A stretch of 64,000 bases of DNA from Tubulanus polymorphus (taxonomy: Eukaryota > Animalia > Nemertea). Location: contig NC_134034.1 in the NCBI RefSeq assembly GCF_964204645.1, positions 3,303,814 to 3,367,813 of the forward strand. Reading direction: 5' to 3'. Positions within the stretch are counted from its first letter, which is position 1; every line of letters begins with the position of its first letter. The position numbers and the translations under genes were made by a program. A model generated the notes under the pieces. It worked only from the letters and a program-made list of their open reading frames with translations, was not told where the DNA came from and ran no database searches. This document shows, in pieces, positions 1 to 12,200 of the stretch.

Positions 1-475
1 TGGCCCAAGCATTCATTCCACTGCGGTTTTTAACATCACTCCCGGTTTAGCGGATCCGATGAGGACGCCATATCAGCCAACCATTTCAACGATTTTCATG
101 TTAGTGGATCGTTTTGTAAGGTGCCCGTGCAAATGTCGGATCCAGGGATTAGTCGCGCAGAAAATATTTGGAAAATCAGATGCAAAAGAAGCTCATTTTG
201 GGTGAACATTTTGCTCCTTTTTCCAACAATATTCGTCCTCAAATCAAGTAAGTCGAACATGTGCATATTTTGAACGAAAACGAATGGATAATGATTGTAG
301 GACAAGTAGCAATTTAGAGATTTTACAAGCACCTCCTCGTCAACATCGAATAATGATTGTAGGACGAGTGGCAATTTTAAAGAATTTACATGCGCCTGCT
401 TAGCTTAGCGGCAACGTGTCCGCCCAAGAAATCGCGGGCGATGTAATAGACCAATGAAGGGTTTGCGGCAAGGGT

Positions 476-1300
476 TGTCACGAGGGTCCGTGGAAAACCC
501 CAATAGGATATCCGATAGCAGAGAATCAACAACGGACGACAAGAATTCTTAAATTAAAACAAAACGAATTACAAATTTATTCCAACGTAACTTCTACAGT
601 TAATTAGAATGGAGTTAGAGTTAGAGTTTGATCACACTTCTCCAGTAGTGAGCCGTGGTGGTATCCGAGTGAGACGTGACCTTGATGGGTGCACACTGAT
701 CAACGTATGACGAGTCTCCCAGGATATTGCGAATGTTGACGACCGTCCGTTAGTAACTGAAATATCAGGCGCTCAGACGTTAACCGCACTAACTGACGTA
801 GCTTGAGTACGGGAGGTTTCGAGACACGCACTCACTTGACGTATCTGAGTGGATATAATTCACAAACTAAAAGACAACAATTATTGTTACGACATTTATA
901 AGGGTCATAAACCCTGCAAACCAAACGTGCGTCTCAATTGTAATGTTATTTGATTATAATACAAAGATTTATCCGAAGATAGAACAATGCAATGGTTTAT
1001 CTATTAAGCAATTTGCTTGGAATGATTATTAAGAATGAATATTAGAATAGTTTAACTTACCCCGTGAACAGCATACATGTGTTACTATACTACACCCAAT
1101 ACGGTGTCCTAACAGCTGGACGGGTTTGTCATGTCTAGTGAAACGACGCTTAAACCAAATCTTATATAGAATTGACCGCTAGGGTTGAATGGTCACATTG
1201 AGAAAGGTGCGCCGATCCCAACAAACACACAGCTAGCTATAAGCTATGCATGCATGCAGAATGCATGAATATATGAAGTTATGAATGCAAGGTCGTGACA
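476..1300 (-). mobile_element. Solo LTR of an LTR retrotransposon (825 bp)
   Basis: Ends TGTCACGA...TCGTGACA (TG..CA, 8-bp inverted termini). Flanked by identical AGGGT at 471-475 and 1301-1305 (5-bp TSD). Minus-strand TATAAA at 895-900 and AATAAA at 576-581. No internal coding region. Confidence 0.8.
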
Positions 1301-1406
1301 AGGGTTCGTATTGGCGTGAGCTTCGGCGGGTGGCAACCAAACCGTGGCAGGCGAGCTCCTCGTAAATAATCGATGGCAAAAACAGCATTGCAGCGAACGT
1401 ACGATT

Positions 1407-2387
1407 TCAAGAGCAGCGTAACAACACTTTCATCCGTTCTTTAAATTTTATACTGAACACATAATAGAATATGCCGTTTACAGCTGAATTAATGGCTTGG
1501 AAAACGTCATTCACGAGTAATATTCGCCACAGGATGGACCATGGGGTAATACGTAATAAAGCATTGAATAGCATATCGGGAAAAACTGACACCATGAATA
1601 TGGCTGATGCGACGAATACCATTCTGTAAGCCGTTCCATCGAGTTTATTTTCTTTACTCGTATCTGCACCTCCGGTCAATTGTTTCCTATTTCTAGCGTA
1701 TATTCGTAATTTGATTATCATTATCGCATTTAAGATTGGTATAAGAGCGAACGGCAAATATGAGGAGAAAACATTCTTTATCAAAGACGTATATCTAGGG
1801 TGGCTTGTAACAGATTTTGGGCCGGGGACAGTCAGGCCGTATGTACATGGATATTTTACGTACACAACGATCCGGTCTTGCGCATGGTTTGCCTCAATCC
1901 CACTCCAAATGAGGATCCAAATGGCCGAAAAAACATAACAATGTTTCAGATTCCAATGTCGCTTTGCTTTAAGCGGAAAACAAATATGAACCGTTCGGTC
2001 GAACGTCACTAATAGGGTCAGAACGTTACGAATGTAAGATGCCCATTTTGAGATGGCATTACTCGCAATATAGAGCTCAGTGGCTCCCACCGCGCCGTCT
2101 AAATAAAGACCTATCTTTCCATAGCGGAAAAGTTTCACGACCCAGGTTATATGGTTGTACAAAACGACTCCGATGCAACAGACAATATCGAAAACCGCCA
2201 GTAACAATAACAAGAAATGCGAAGTCGCCGAGCTATTCATTTTATGTAGTCGATATAAGACCACCACTGTAAGCGAATTGATAACGAGGCCGGACCATGC
2301 GACCGGTCCTATCACCGTCGCTGAAACAAGATTCCACACTACTTTATCATAATACATGCACCTCGCTGACATCGAGGCGTTCAACAT
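1407..2387 (-). CDS. Intronless class A (rhodopsin-like) GPCR, FMRFamide/peptide-receptor-like orphan, 326 aa
   Basis: Seven hydrophobic segments. Motifs: GLVINSL (TM1 Asn), LAVFD (TM2), LLVTFDRTVHICFPL (DRY-like plus the ICFPL typical of invertebrate peptide-receptor-like GPCRs), LPF (TM5), FPD (TM6), NSAVNGIFY (TM7). Confidence 0.88.
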   Translation of the reverse strand: MLNASMSARCMYYDKVVWNLVSATVIGPVAWSGLVINSLTVVVLYRLHKMNSSATSHFLLLLLAVFDIVCCIGVVLYNHITWVVKLFRYGKIGLYLDGAVGATELYIASNAISKWASYIRNVLTLLVTFDRTVHICFPLKAKRHWNLKHCYVFSAIWILIWSGIEANHAQDRIVVYVKYPCTYGLTVPGPKSVTSHPRYTSLIKNVFSSYLPFALIPILNAIMIIKLRIYARNRKQLTGGADTSKENKLDGTAYRMVFVASAIFMVSVFPDMLFNALLRITPWSILWRILLVNDVFQAINSAVNGIFYYVFSIKFKERMKVLLRCS

Positions 2388-2550
2388 AACTGTAACCGTC
2401 AGCGAGTACGTACGAAATGGTAGGAAGCGGTGTAATTATACGTGCGTTTTGCGAGCGACTGACTGATACGCGCCGAGTGTAAATCCCAAATCACAGCCCG
2501 TGACGATATAGGTAATAATACCGTACCGACATATAAACCGACATATAGGT

Positions 2551-2562
2551 TATATATATATA

Positions 2563-2605
<43 letters not shown>
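2551..2605. repeat. (TA)n microsatellite
   Basis: Near-perfect TA run, read directly. Confidence 0.95.
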
Positions 2606-2606
<1 letters not shown>

Positions 2607-2620
2607 CCGATGTGAGATAT

Positions 2621-2750
2621 AGAAAACCAAAAGTTTTGAATTCTCGCGCGAGAAAACCGAACTTTTTGAATTCTCGCGCGAGAAAACCGAACTTTTTGAA
2701 TTCTCGCGCGAGAAAACTGAACCTTTTGAATTATCGCGCGAGAAAACCAA
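2621..2750. repeat. 30-bp tandem repeat, about 4 copies
   Basis: Unit GAAAACCGAACTTTTTGAATTCTCGCGCGA, containing the palindrome TTCTCGCGCGAGAA. Confidence 0.9.
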
Positions 2751-3287
2751 AAAAGGGCCACTGTGAAAATTCTTTTATCGTTGCTCTAGCCGAAAAGAAA
2801 ATCTTTTTAGTACGGCCCGAATCAGCCACCATAGATGATAAAAAGAAACGGGTATAGAAAAAAAACGCCAGCGATTTCAATGAGTTTTATTTTCCAAATT
2901 CTTAAAATAATGCGGGTTCGCATTACGAAGCAAGTAAGACATCCTAGTACCAGGAGATGGCTACACCCATAAGCCTTATATGACGTCATCAAGGTCTATC
3001 GATCGTTCACTCCGGCATCAATCAAGTTAGAGCGATAGTTTCTGACGTCATAAGAGAACCTAATGGGATCGGTCATCATTTCTAGACAAGTCTGTACATT
3101 CACACGTTAGCTTTAGGGGGTTTATCACAATCGGGCGAGACGCATGCAGCGTGCGGAATTGTTGTCATTTTAGAAGGTTTTATTGAATAAGTCTTTTTCG
3201 ATGAAATCGTGGTTATCTTTAGAAGGTTTACCGCGTTCTCTGTAGGAAAAGCAGAGATGATGTGTTTGGTTTGATTATCTAGTCGTA

Positions 3288-6200
3288 TTACCGCGCGCAA
3301 GCTCCGTCGTTACACGATATAGTTTCGCTGTTTGAACCGACGCAATCCGCGCCGCCATTTTGCGGGGACGGATTCGTACAAGTCCTCGTCCTCATTTTAG
3401 TGCCATCGCCGCACGTGACACTACACAATCCGTAATTTCCCCACTTTGTCCAGTTTCCGTCTCCTGGGGAAAAAGTTTAAAAAAGTGGAGTAACTCGAAA
3501 GGGTCGTATTTCCTGATTCATGGACGTCGATCCGGATGCCTTGGATATTTCCGGGTACTTACTTTTTGGGGGGCAATTTACAAATTCGACGTCATCGACG
3601 CAAATATCACCGAGATAGTCGAGACCCCTGGTGGCGTGAATTCGAACCTGAAACGATTAACGTTAATGTTTATTTCATACCATTCAGCAATGGCTAATGT
3701 CTAATGTCTAATGTCTAATGTCTGATGTTTGTAGTTCATTTTCAATTAAAAATGTCTCAAGTAAACTACTGAACACATGTGAAGTGTGGACGATCAGTTT
3801 TTGAAAGTGTGCTGATAAAATGTCTAATGTCTGGTGTTTGTAGGTCATTTTCAATTAAAAATGTCTCAAGTAAAGTACTGAACACATGTGAAGTGTGGAC
3901 GATCAGTTTTTGAAAGTGAGCTGATAAAATGTCTAATGTCTGGTGTCTGTGGTTCATTTTCAATTAAAAATGTCTCAAGTAAAGTACTGAACACATATGA
4001 AGTGTGGACGATCAGTTTTTGAAAGTGTGCTGATAAAATTTCTAATGTCTGGTGTCTGTAGTTCATTTTCAATTAAAAATGTCTCAAGTAAAGTACTGAA
4101 CACATGTGAAGCGTGGGCGATCAGTTTTTGAAAGTGTGCTGATAAAATGTCTAATGTCTGGTGTTTGTAGTTAAATCAATGAAAAAATGTAATGCAAAAA
4201 ATGTCTCGGACGAAAACCTGAACATATGTGAAGATGTGAAGTGTGAACATGTCTATAGTGCCTGGTATTCTTAGTTGATTGTCAATCCAAAAATGCTTCG
4301 CGGAAAGTCCTGAACAGATGAGCTGATAAAATATCAGTAAGTATGTTCGTTTGTAGTTCATTAATAATGAGACAAAAATGTCCGAAAATAGGCAAAATCC
4401 AGTATGATAGGGTACATTTTCCCGAATGCACAGTGCAGAACAACTGTGAAACCGCCATAAATATCAAATTCTAATTCTCCCTTGCCCTGCAATGAACACA
4501 TATCTTACTGTAATATCATCTCCTTCTGGAACTGTCGCGATCGCCTCCTTCCAACCTTCACCTTGGTTGCCGGATATAGTGAAGATAGTGCTGCCGTCTG
4601 CCGTTACGCTCAGCGTGTTAATCGTCGCACCAAACATGTTATACCAAAGATGCATTTTACACGTAGCATTTGACGTAACCGAATTCAATTCAAGAATGGC
4701 CTCGTCGTTTTCGTGCAAATCCGATGCCTCGATGTAGATAAAATGCCCTGAATAGAATACATCAGAATTCATCAGTGGACATAGTAGGTTTGATTTTCAA
4801 TATTTTCTTTGTTAATGATGGTCTGGTGTCCGTGGCATAGTTCCTACGTATTCATATGAAATTTCTACAAAATTAGTAAATGGGAAATAATATTCCGCGC
4901 TTCATTTACATTTCGGCGCTGTTTGAAAACATGCTGGGCTTAAAATTAACAACTTAAAGAATGGTGATAATAATCTCTTATACAGCGCTAAATCGAAGCG
5001 AAGCAGCTCAAAGCGCTTTTCATTGAATTGGTATTTATTGCCCCAGCCTATAATCCTAACCATGTACATCGTATCAGTCATCTCTTGGGAGAAGTAACAA
5101 TCAGATCAGCTAATAAGCGCTGCGGTCAGGCCAGGTACCTCTATCAGGCCAGGTACCTACTCATGGGTGGAGAGAGGCAATAATTATAAGTGTCTTCCCC
5201 GATGACTTTATGGTCATATGGGATTCGAACTCATGAACTGGTTTCCCAGAGCCGAACGCTTTAAGCACTCGGCCACACCGCTCCAAAAGCAGTCAAATAA
5301 ACAGATCGTCTAAAGAGAAATGTTTTAACTCGTTTTCAAGAGTAATCAAATCAGAGCATGATTCTGAAAGTTAAAACATTCATAAGATTCAAGCTTCTGA
5401 GGCAGAGGCACGGTGATCACAGTAGAGAGTGTTAAATGATGAATTCAGAACATTAATCATAGTAGACATCGAATGATACATCAGTGGCATATGACTGCCT
5501 TGAATCAGTTCCTGATCTATACATCCTCAAATGGAAGCCTTAACATAATTGTTTCAATTGGATTGGCAGATTTTTCCATCGCAACTTTACCAGTGTAGTC
5601 CTGCAGTGTATGGTCATCATCAGCACCGGTGTTACTAGATGGCGTGCCTATGTCTTTTATGGTCCAATTAGCCGTCGTTCCCACGTTTGACCACAAGCTT
5701 TGATTACCGTGCTCGAACTCCGTACTGATCCCTGAAAAAAGACGAGGGCATCCATTATGGAAAGTTGTCTCGATTGAAGATCGTCATTTTTTTGAATGAG
5801 TCTTGATGATAAAATGTCCAACGTCAGGTATTCGAAGTGCATTTCCATTCAGAAACGTCTGCGCCTGTTTGAAGTATGGCAATAAGTGTTTGGAAGCGTG
5901 CTGGCAAAGTCTGTTTGAAAAATGGTAATAAAGTAAAGTATTTCCTGTCTAAAGGGTCGAGGGATGTAGACTCCATTGAAGTATAGGCGTTCAGAAACCA
6001 CAAGAGAATTGTGATTAAGTATCAACTACCTTTAGGGAACGCTGAATTCCGCACTCTGATGGGCTGCAGAATACAACACTCTGATGGGATGCAGAGATCC
6101 AGACTCTGATTGGATGCAGAGTCCAACATTCTTATGGGATGCATTTGGATAAGTGTGATATTTACCAACTTCACATTTCGCTGATTTACAGTTAGCTGTT

Positions 6201-9200
6201 TGTGTTTTGTCTCCGCTGCACTCGGCGCCTCCATTTTTAGGTGCCGGGTCGTCGCACACGCGCGTCCGTATTTTAGTTCCAGATGCACCGCATTGGCCAG
6301 AGCATGCAGACCACGTGGACCACCTCGACCAATGACCGTCGATTGGAGCTGCGCAAAAAAGTAAATTGAGACGAAACACATTCATACGTTGGTAATATAT
6401 TTACATATCAAAGATAGCCCGTTAAATATCTACATGAATTATGCATATTAGCTTTCATAATTTACGCAAATATGCATAATTTGGATTCTATCGAGTATTT
6501 CGTGATCCCAGCACGGCAGGGATTCGAACCTGATAGCATTGAGATTCGCTGCGGTACTAGACCGAGTGCGCAGCTTAGATGATGTCAATATTAGCCAATC
6601 AGATATCCAGGTTTATTGTAGGGTTGTCCCATTTAATATTCTTTCGTGAAATCATACAATTAGCGATTAGACAACGAGCATTATGATTGGTGGCGCAAGT
6701 TTTCACGCGGTAAATCTGCGCATGTAGCTGCGCACCCGGTCTAGTGTGGCACGGGTTCGTGCCGTGGCTGAGTGTGTAGCGATGCTGTCAGGTTCGAATC
6801 CCTGCCGAAGAAGGTTAGATGCCTGTGGCCTGTTGCTGTAGAACATTAGATGATCTTGGACTGCTCAAGATTGGTTTCAAAGTTGTTAGTTTGGCTTTCA
6901 AAGAAAAAATTATCCAAGACTTGTCTTAAATCTAGGCCATAATCGTGCATGTGTGAGCTACGATCGCGTTCTGTTTACCGTAACATTCGGTGTTAGTGCA
7001 AGCAACTGTTTCTGTTTCGACGTCGTACTCGTTCATATTCGGACAGTCGCCGGTGAAACAAAATCGTTGACGTGATTTCTGACATTGTGAAGTACAAGGA
7101 GATGACCAAACAGACCACATCGAAATCTTGTCACTCGCGTCTGTAAAACAATAAAACGTTATCATTGGACATATTCAAGTCTAAGAATAAGTCCCTAATT
7201 CGAATTAAGCATTTTTGATTCGAATTATCACCTCTAATTCGAATCAAAAGTTAATTCTTTTTCGTGAAACCGGGCCCTGGTACTTACAGACTACTAAGTT
7301 CTCCAAGCATTATCTGTTAAAGGTTAAAAAAAGGAAAAACTGAATACACTGGATCTAGAGGCGATTCAAACCCACACGTCATGTAAAACTGGAGTCGAAT
7401 TAAACCGACATAACTGTGGATATACAGTCAAATTGAACACACTGCACACAACGGTAGAACTGGATGATCTAGAGTGAAATTAAACCAACACAACTGTGGA
7501 ACTGAATCCAGACTCAAATTAAACCCACACAACACTGTGGAACTGGATCCAGAGTCATATTAAACGGACACATTATTACCTTGAAACTGGATCTAGAGTC
7601 GAATTAAACCCACACTACTGCGGAACTGGATCTAGAGTCGAATTAACCCCAAAACTGTGAAACTAGATCCAGACCAAAATGAACCCCATTCAACTGTGCA
7701 TCTAGATCTAGAGTCCAAGGAAACCCAAACGGAACCAGAATAAGATTTACCCCACATATCTTCGGAACTGGGTTCACTGTCACATAAAAATACAACAACA
7801 CAACTTGCAAGTATTTGCATTTTTCTTTTAGAGAAAAAGGGACATCGTTCGCTTCGCGATCATTTTTGGTTAAGGTTGAGACCTACCGTTTATGCAGGAG
7901 TATAATGCTTGTATTTCCAAGATATCTATAGCGCTCAGATCGTTTGATTGTCCGATTGGAGCTCCGCTAAGGCTGTTTATTGTCGCTTGCCCATTATTGC
8001 TGAAAGCATAGCCGCCGAAGTGCATCACGCTATCGTAATCGTAAATAGTCCCGTGAGTGTCGACTGTTCCCGGCGACATGCGGTCAAAATTGTCGTCTTT
8101 TCCTATTTTAAGTGAACAATCAAATAATTTAGCTACAATTCAAATCAATAATAGACGTACTGCGGCAAGCGAGGATCAGCTAGGAGTCACTAGCGGTTAT
8201 TCGGTTTGTCGTACATTGATTGGATACCGGCCAGGCTAACTGAGGAAAGCGAGGATTCGGCGATAATCCGCCAGGACCGCTGGTGGCACCGGGTAACCGC
8301 TCTGCCTTTAATTTCTTCTAAATTTCAACCAAATTCGAGTCAATTTTTCCGATTAGTAAATCAATTTTCAGTGAAATCGATAAAACTGAGTTAGAACGGG
8401 AATCATATATCTATCCAATGACTCGTTTGATGATTCTCGGATTTAGAAGCCTAAAAATCAAGATCTAATTTCTTAGCCGATTTTCAATACGGATAACCCG
8501 GTGTTTTGTTGCGCCACCTGGTGTTGCCGGTATCCCATTTCATCTACAATTTCAATTCGAATGAACTTTTCCAATTTATAAATCGACTACTAGTGAAATC
8601 TAAACCATACACTGACGAATGGATAGGTAAAATATCTTACGACTCGTACTGTAATTTCTTTTCAAAATTAATCATTTAATTTAATTTCTGTAACAAATTA
8701 TTTCTATTTTGTTGTATGATATTGTAATTTCATTCGTGAATGCACATTATCATTTTTATATCGCTTATAAGGCGTTTTTACGAGCATCCGATTTTTGCGA
8801 TCGATTTCGTGAACGATTTGCTCCGATCGTACGATCGAATCGAACGTTCGTAAAAATGACGATGGATTTGGCTAATCACATGACATAAATATGGCGACGT
8901 TGAGGAAAAAAATGTATGGTTTTGAACTACCCGGTGCCGCCATCTTGGAAATCAAATCGCCAAATCGCTCGCCGAGCGAGTTGGTCGATTTCAAAAATCG
9001 ATCGGAAAATCGTGTTCGTAAAAACGCCGATCGTGAAATCGATCGCAAAAATCGGTGCTCGTAAATGCGTTCCTACGATCGATCGCAAAAATCGGATGCT
9101 CGTAAAAACGCCTATAGTATTCGCAAGCGGGAACGTGAAAATCCAGTTATTACGTCAAGATTGAGCGTATTGATGCGCCATCTGGCGTGTGCCTCCAGAG

Positions 9201-12200
9201 TTTATTTTACGGTAAAAAATAAAGATTTTATTTTACCGTCCTGAATGTTCTCCCACATAATCTCAACGTGCGCATCGCGATCCGGTCTCGAATGCTCGTG
9301 ATAAAATCCTGCAAATTAAATTGCGGCTTTTTACATACTCTAAGCATAATTGGAAAAGCGATCAACAAGAATTTTCGATATAGCCGCTAGTTTTTCTGGT
9401 GCAACTGCAAATAACGCTCTTTAACCTCAGCAAAAATGGGAAATATAGCTTAAATAACCGCTTTGATATATCAAAATTGAAAAAAAAATGGCAATTTTTT
9501 GACGCGCGGTTAAAATGTGCGGTCCTTAATTTCACATCGACACTGCTCTTAATTGTTGCGTTAAAAAGATCCAATAATCACCGGCAAATACCTAAATTTA
9601 ATTTCCTTTTAAATGGTGCATTAATGAAGTTAATCAAGCAAGGGACTGCAGAGCTATTTGATATTCAATAAAAACTTATGTTTTAAAAATGAGCGCAAAT
9701 TATCGCAACAATGGGGACCTTGAGGGACCGCAACAAAATGGCGCCTAGAAACTGGAAACTTCTTTATTGAAGGCAGCGACTATCGCAATTTTGAGTTGCT
9801 CCCTAAGACCGAGAGGGAGAAAGAAGGAGAAGCCGATATGACAATTGTTTCGATCTTACCCAGAGCATGCATTAGTTGATGTATGATAACGCCGATGGTT
9901 TCGCAGCCTGACCCGATCGATACGTCCTGGCCACCGGCTTGGTAGTAAAGCCGTCCTACGTGAGACCAACAACTGCAGTACCGAGAAAGAAAAACAGACT
10001 TGATTTTGAAGCGCCGGTTTTATGAGTCGTTCAACCAGCTACAACCGATCCACCGAAAGGAGAAATCCGCCGGAACCACGAGAGATAGGTCGCAAGAAAC
10101 TAATGATAGAGAGTCCAAAACAGAATCGCAACTGATAACAAAATTCATCCATGAAAATAATTGTACAGCGCAGAGATCGATTGTTTACCATTTATATGAT
10201 GTCACGCCTATCTGCGTATATATTGTAGTCATAGGAGAGGGAGACAGTAAATATTTAGAATATTCTATGTAATATAACACAAGTGTGGCTCAAGTCCATT
10301 ATAGCATTAAATAGTTCCAGCAGAGACTTATCACATTGGACTTGTATTTGGAATTAATCCGCCAATATTGGACTGATTGAATCTTACGACATTACGCCAT
10401 AGGGACGTGCGAACATACCGTTTGTCGGTTCGTCGGTATGTCGGTTTGTCGGTTCGTCGGTTTGTCGGTTTGTCGGTATGTCGGTTTGTCGGTTCGTCGG
10501 TTTGTCGGTTTGTCGGTTTGTCGGTATGTCGGTTTGTCGGTTCGTCGGTTTGTCGGTATGTCGGTTTGTCGGTTCGTCGGTTTGTCGGTATGTCGGTTTG
10601 TCTTGAAAAGTACGCAGCCGAATTACTCCTTTTCTAAAAATGTATCCTTGAGCGGGGAACTATTCCACGCTATACTGGACTTGAACCACAAGGGCCGACT
10701 CAGCGAACACGAAGGTACAGAGCCGCAACACTTTCAGCGACCTTGACACCAAACAAGTGAACTAGCTAGGTGCGCGAATGTTGTTATGACGTCATAATAC
10801 TCTAAATAAACAACACCGCGCGGTCTCGCGATACGCGCGTCGAAGGATCTAAAATCTATTCTGCGATGTATTTTAAATAATGTTTATAAAAGAATCCATT
10901 TAAAGACTATAATTAACATATAAAACATTTAAAAAAAATCCAGAAATCGATCCTTTTCTAATATACTATTTTCAAGGATGAATCATTTTGTTATAGTTGT
11001 GATTCCTAATTGTAGTCATATTTCCTATAACCGTATCAAAACTCCTTTACGATCGTTGTGGTTAAAAAGGGCACGATTTCTGCGGAAAACCGCTTTAACT
11101 CACCCTGTTCCTTTAAAGAAGCGTAACCAATTTGTATCGCTGTCATTTTTCTCAGCAAATTTCAAACACGTTTTTGCTTCGTAACCGTTCATTGCAACCC
11201 TGATTAGAATTTTCGTAGCTGTCGAAATAAACATTTTTGGGCTTTTTAGATTCGCTATAGACCCAAAATGAGCTTAGACTGGTCTTAATTTATTAGATTG
11301 GTTATAGTAGCAAAATGAGCTTAGATTGGTCTTAAAATTTATTAGATTGGTTATAGAACCAAAATGAGGTTACAAGATTGGTCTTAATTTATTAGATTGG
11401 TTATAGAAGCAAAATGAGGTTAGACTGGTGTAAACTTGTTACATTGACTATATAATGAAATGCTTTAGAATGGCAGGTGTTAGATTGGATACAGTCAACA
11501 TGAGCTTAGAGCGGTCGTTAGATTAAATTTATGAAAAAATAGCTACGACTAGTTTCTAATCCGAGCCTTGTAACAAAACCCTAGCCCTCTCACCAGTTGC
11601 GAGACTAGAATCCAGCACGTAAGGGATAACTCTTGATGGCCAAAGTCGTTGTCTCTGCATCGGCGCGGCCCGTTTCGTGATGCTGCTCGCGTGTTGCGGG
11701 GCATTTTCGTCAATAGCAATATCTCCTTCCCTCAATTGAGGCATCTTCTCGCCGTTTTCGCTTTCTTTTTCTGCGCACGAAAGAAAAAGAATGGTGGTCA
11801 TTGCCGCAATGAGGAAGTCAACGAACCATGAGCATAAATCTTGCTAGATGCGATCACGGGTTTACGGGACATTTTCTAATAAGACTTTGGACTTAAGATG
11901 TAACCTTCTTACACGCCATTTAAGGTTATCGATTCTTCATATCAATACATTAGCTTAGTTCAATTCAGTTTTGTTTGTTCGACAATCTTGGATCAAGGAT
12001 ACACACGCGTCATGCTGAAAAACGCGGTTCCGCAGCCCGTTTTAAGGCGCCGCCTATCGCCTCTTGTCATGCAAATGAATAGGCAATTACGTCATAGCAA
12101 CGTCTCCGAGCGCCGGGGAGTAGTTTTTTTAGCGCATTATGCGAGCGCCTTTTGAGTAAGCTATCGCTGATAAATTGAAACCAAACAGCCTTATGAATAG

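Noticed and set aside
96-374. 92-aa ORF
   Set aside because: Non-ATG start and no recognisable motif or splice context.
3715-4172. Regular repeats (109-bp, 77-bp, 40-bp) as CRISPR arrays
   Set aside because: Whole units repeat without unique spacers, there are no cas genes, and the context is eukaryotic introns.
5221-5284. tRNA genes at B-box matches (5221, 6520, 6791, 16019, 26101, 38957, 53727, 54001)
   Set aside because: No convincing cloverleaf; each runs into SINE body or MITE arms.
5657-5910. Alternative astacin exon from the acceptor at 5911 and ORF 5657-5848
   Set aside because: In-frame stop; the acceptor before 5731 gives a proper MAM sequence in the right phase.
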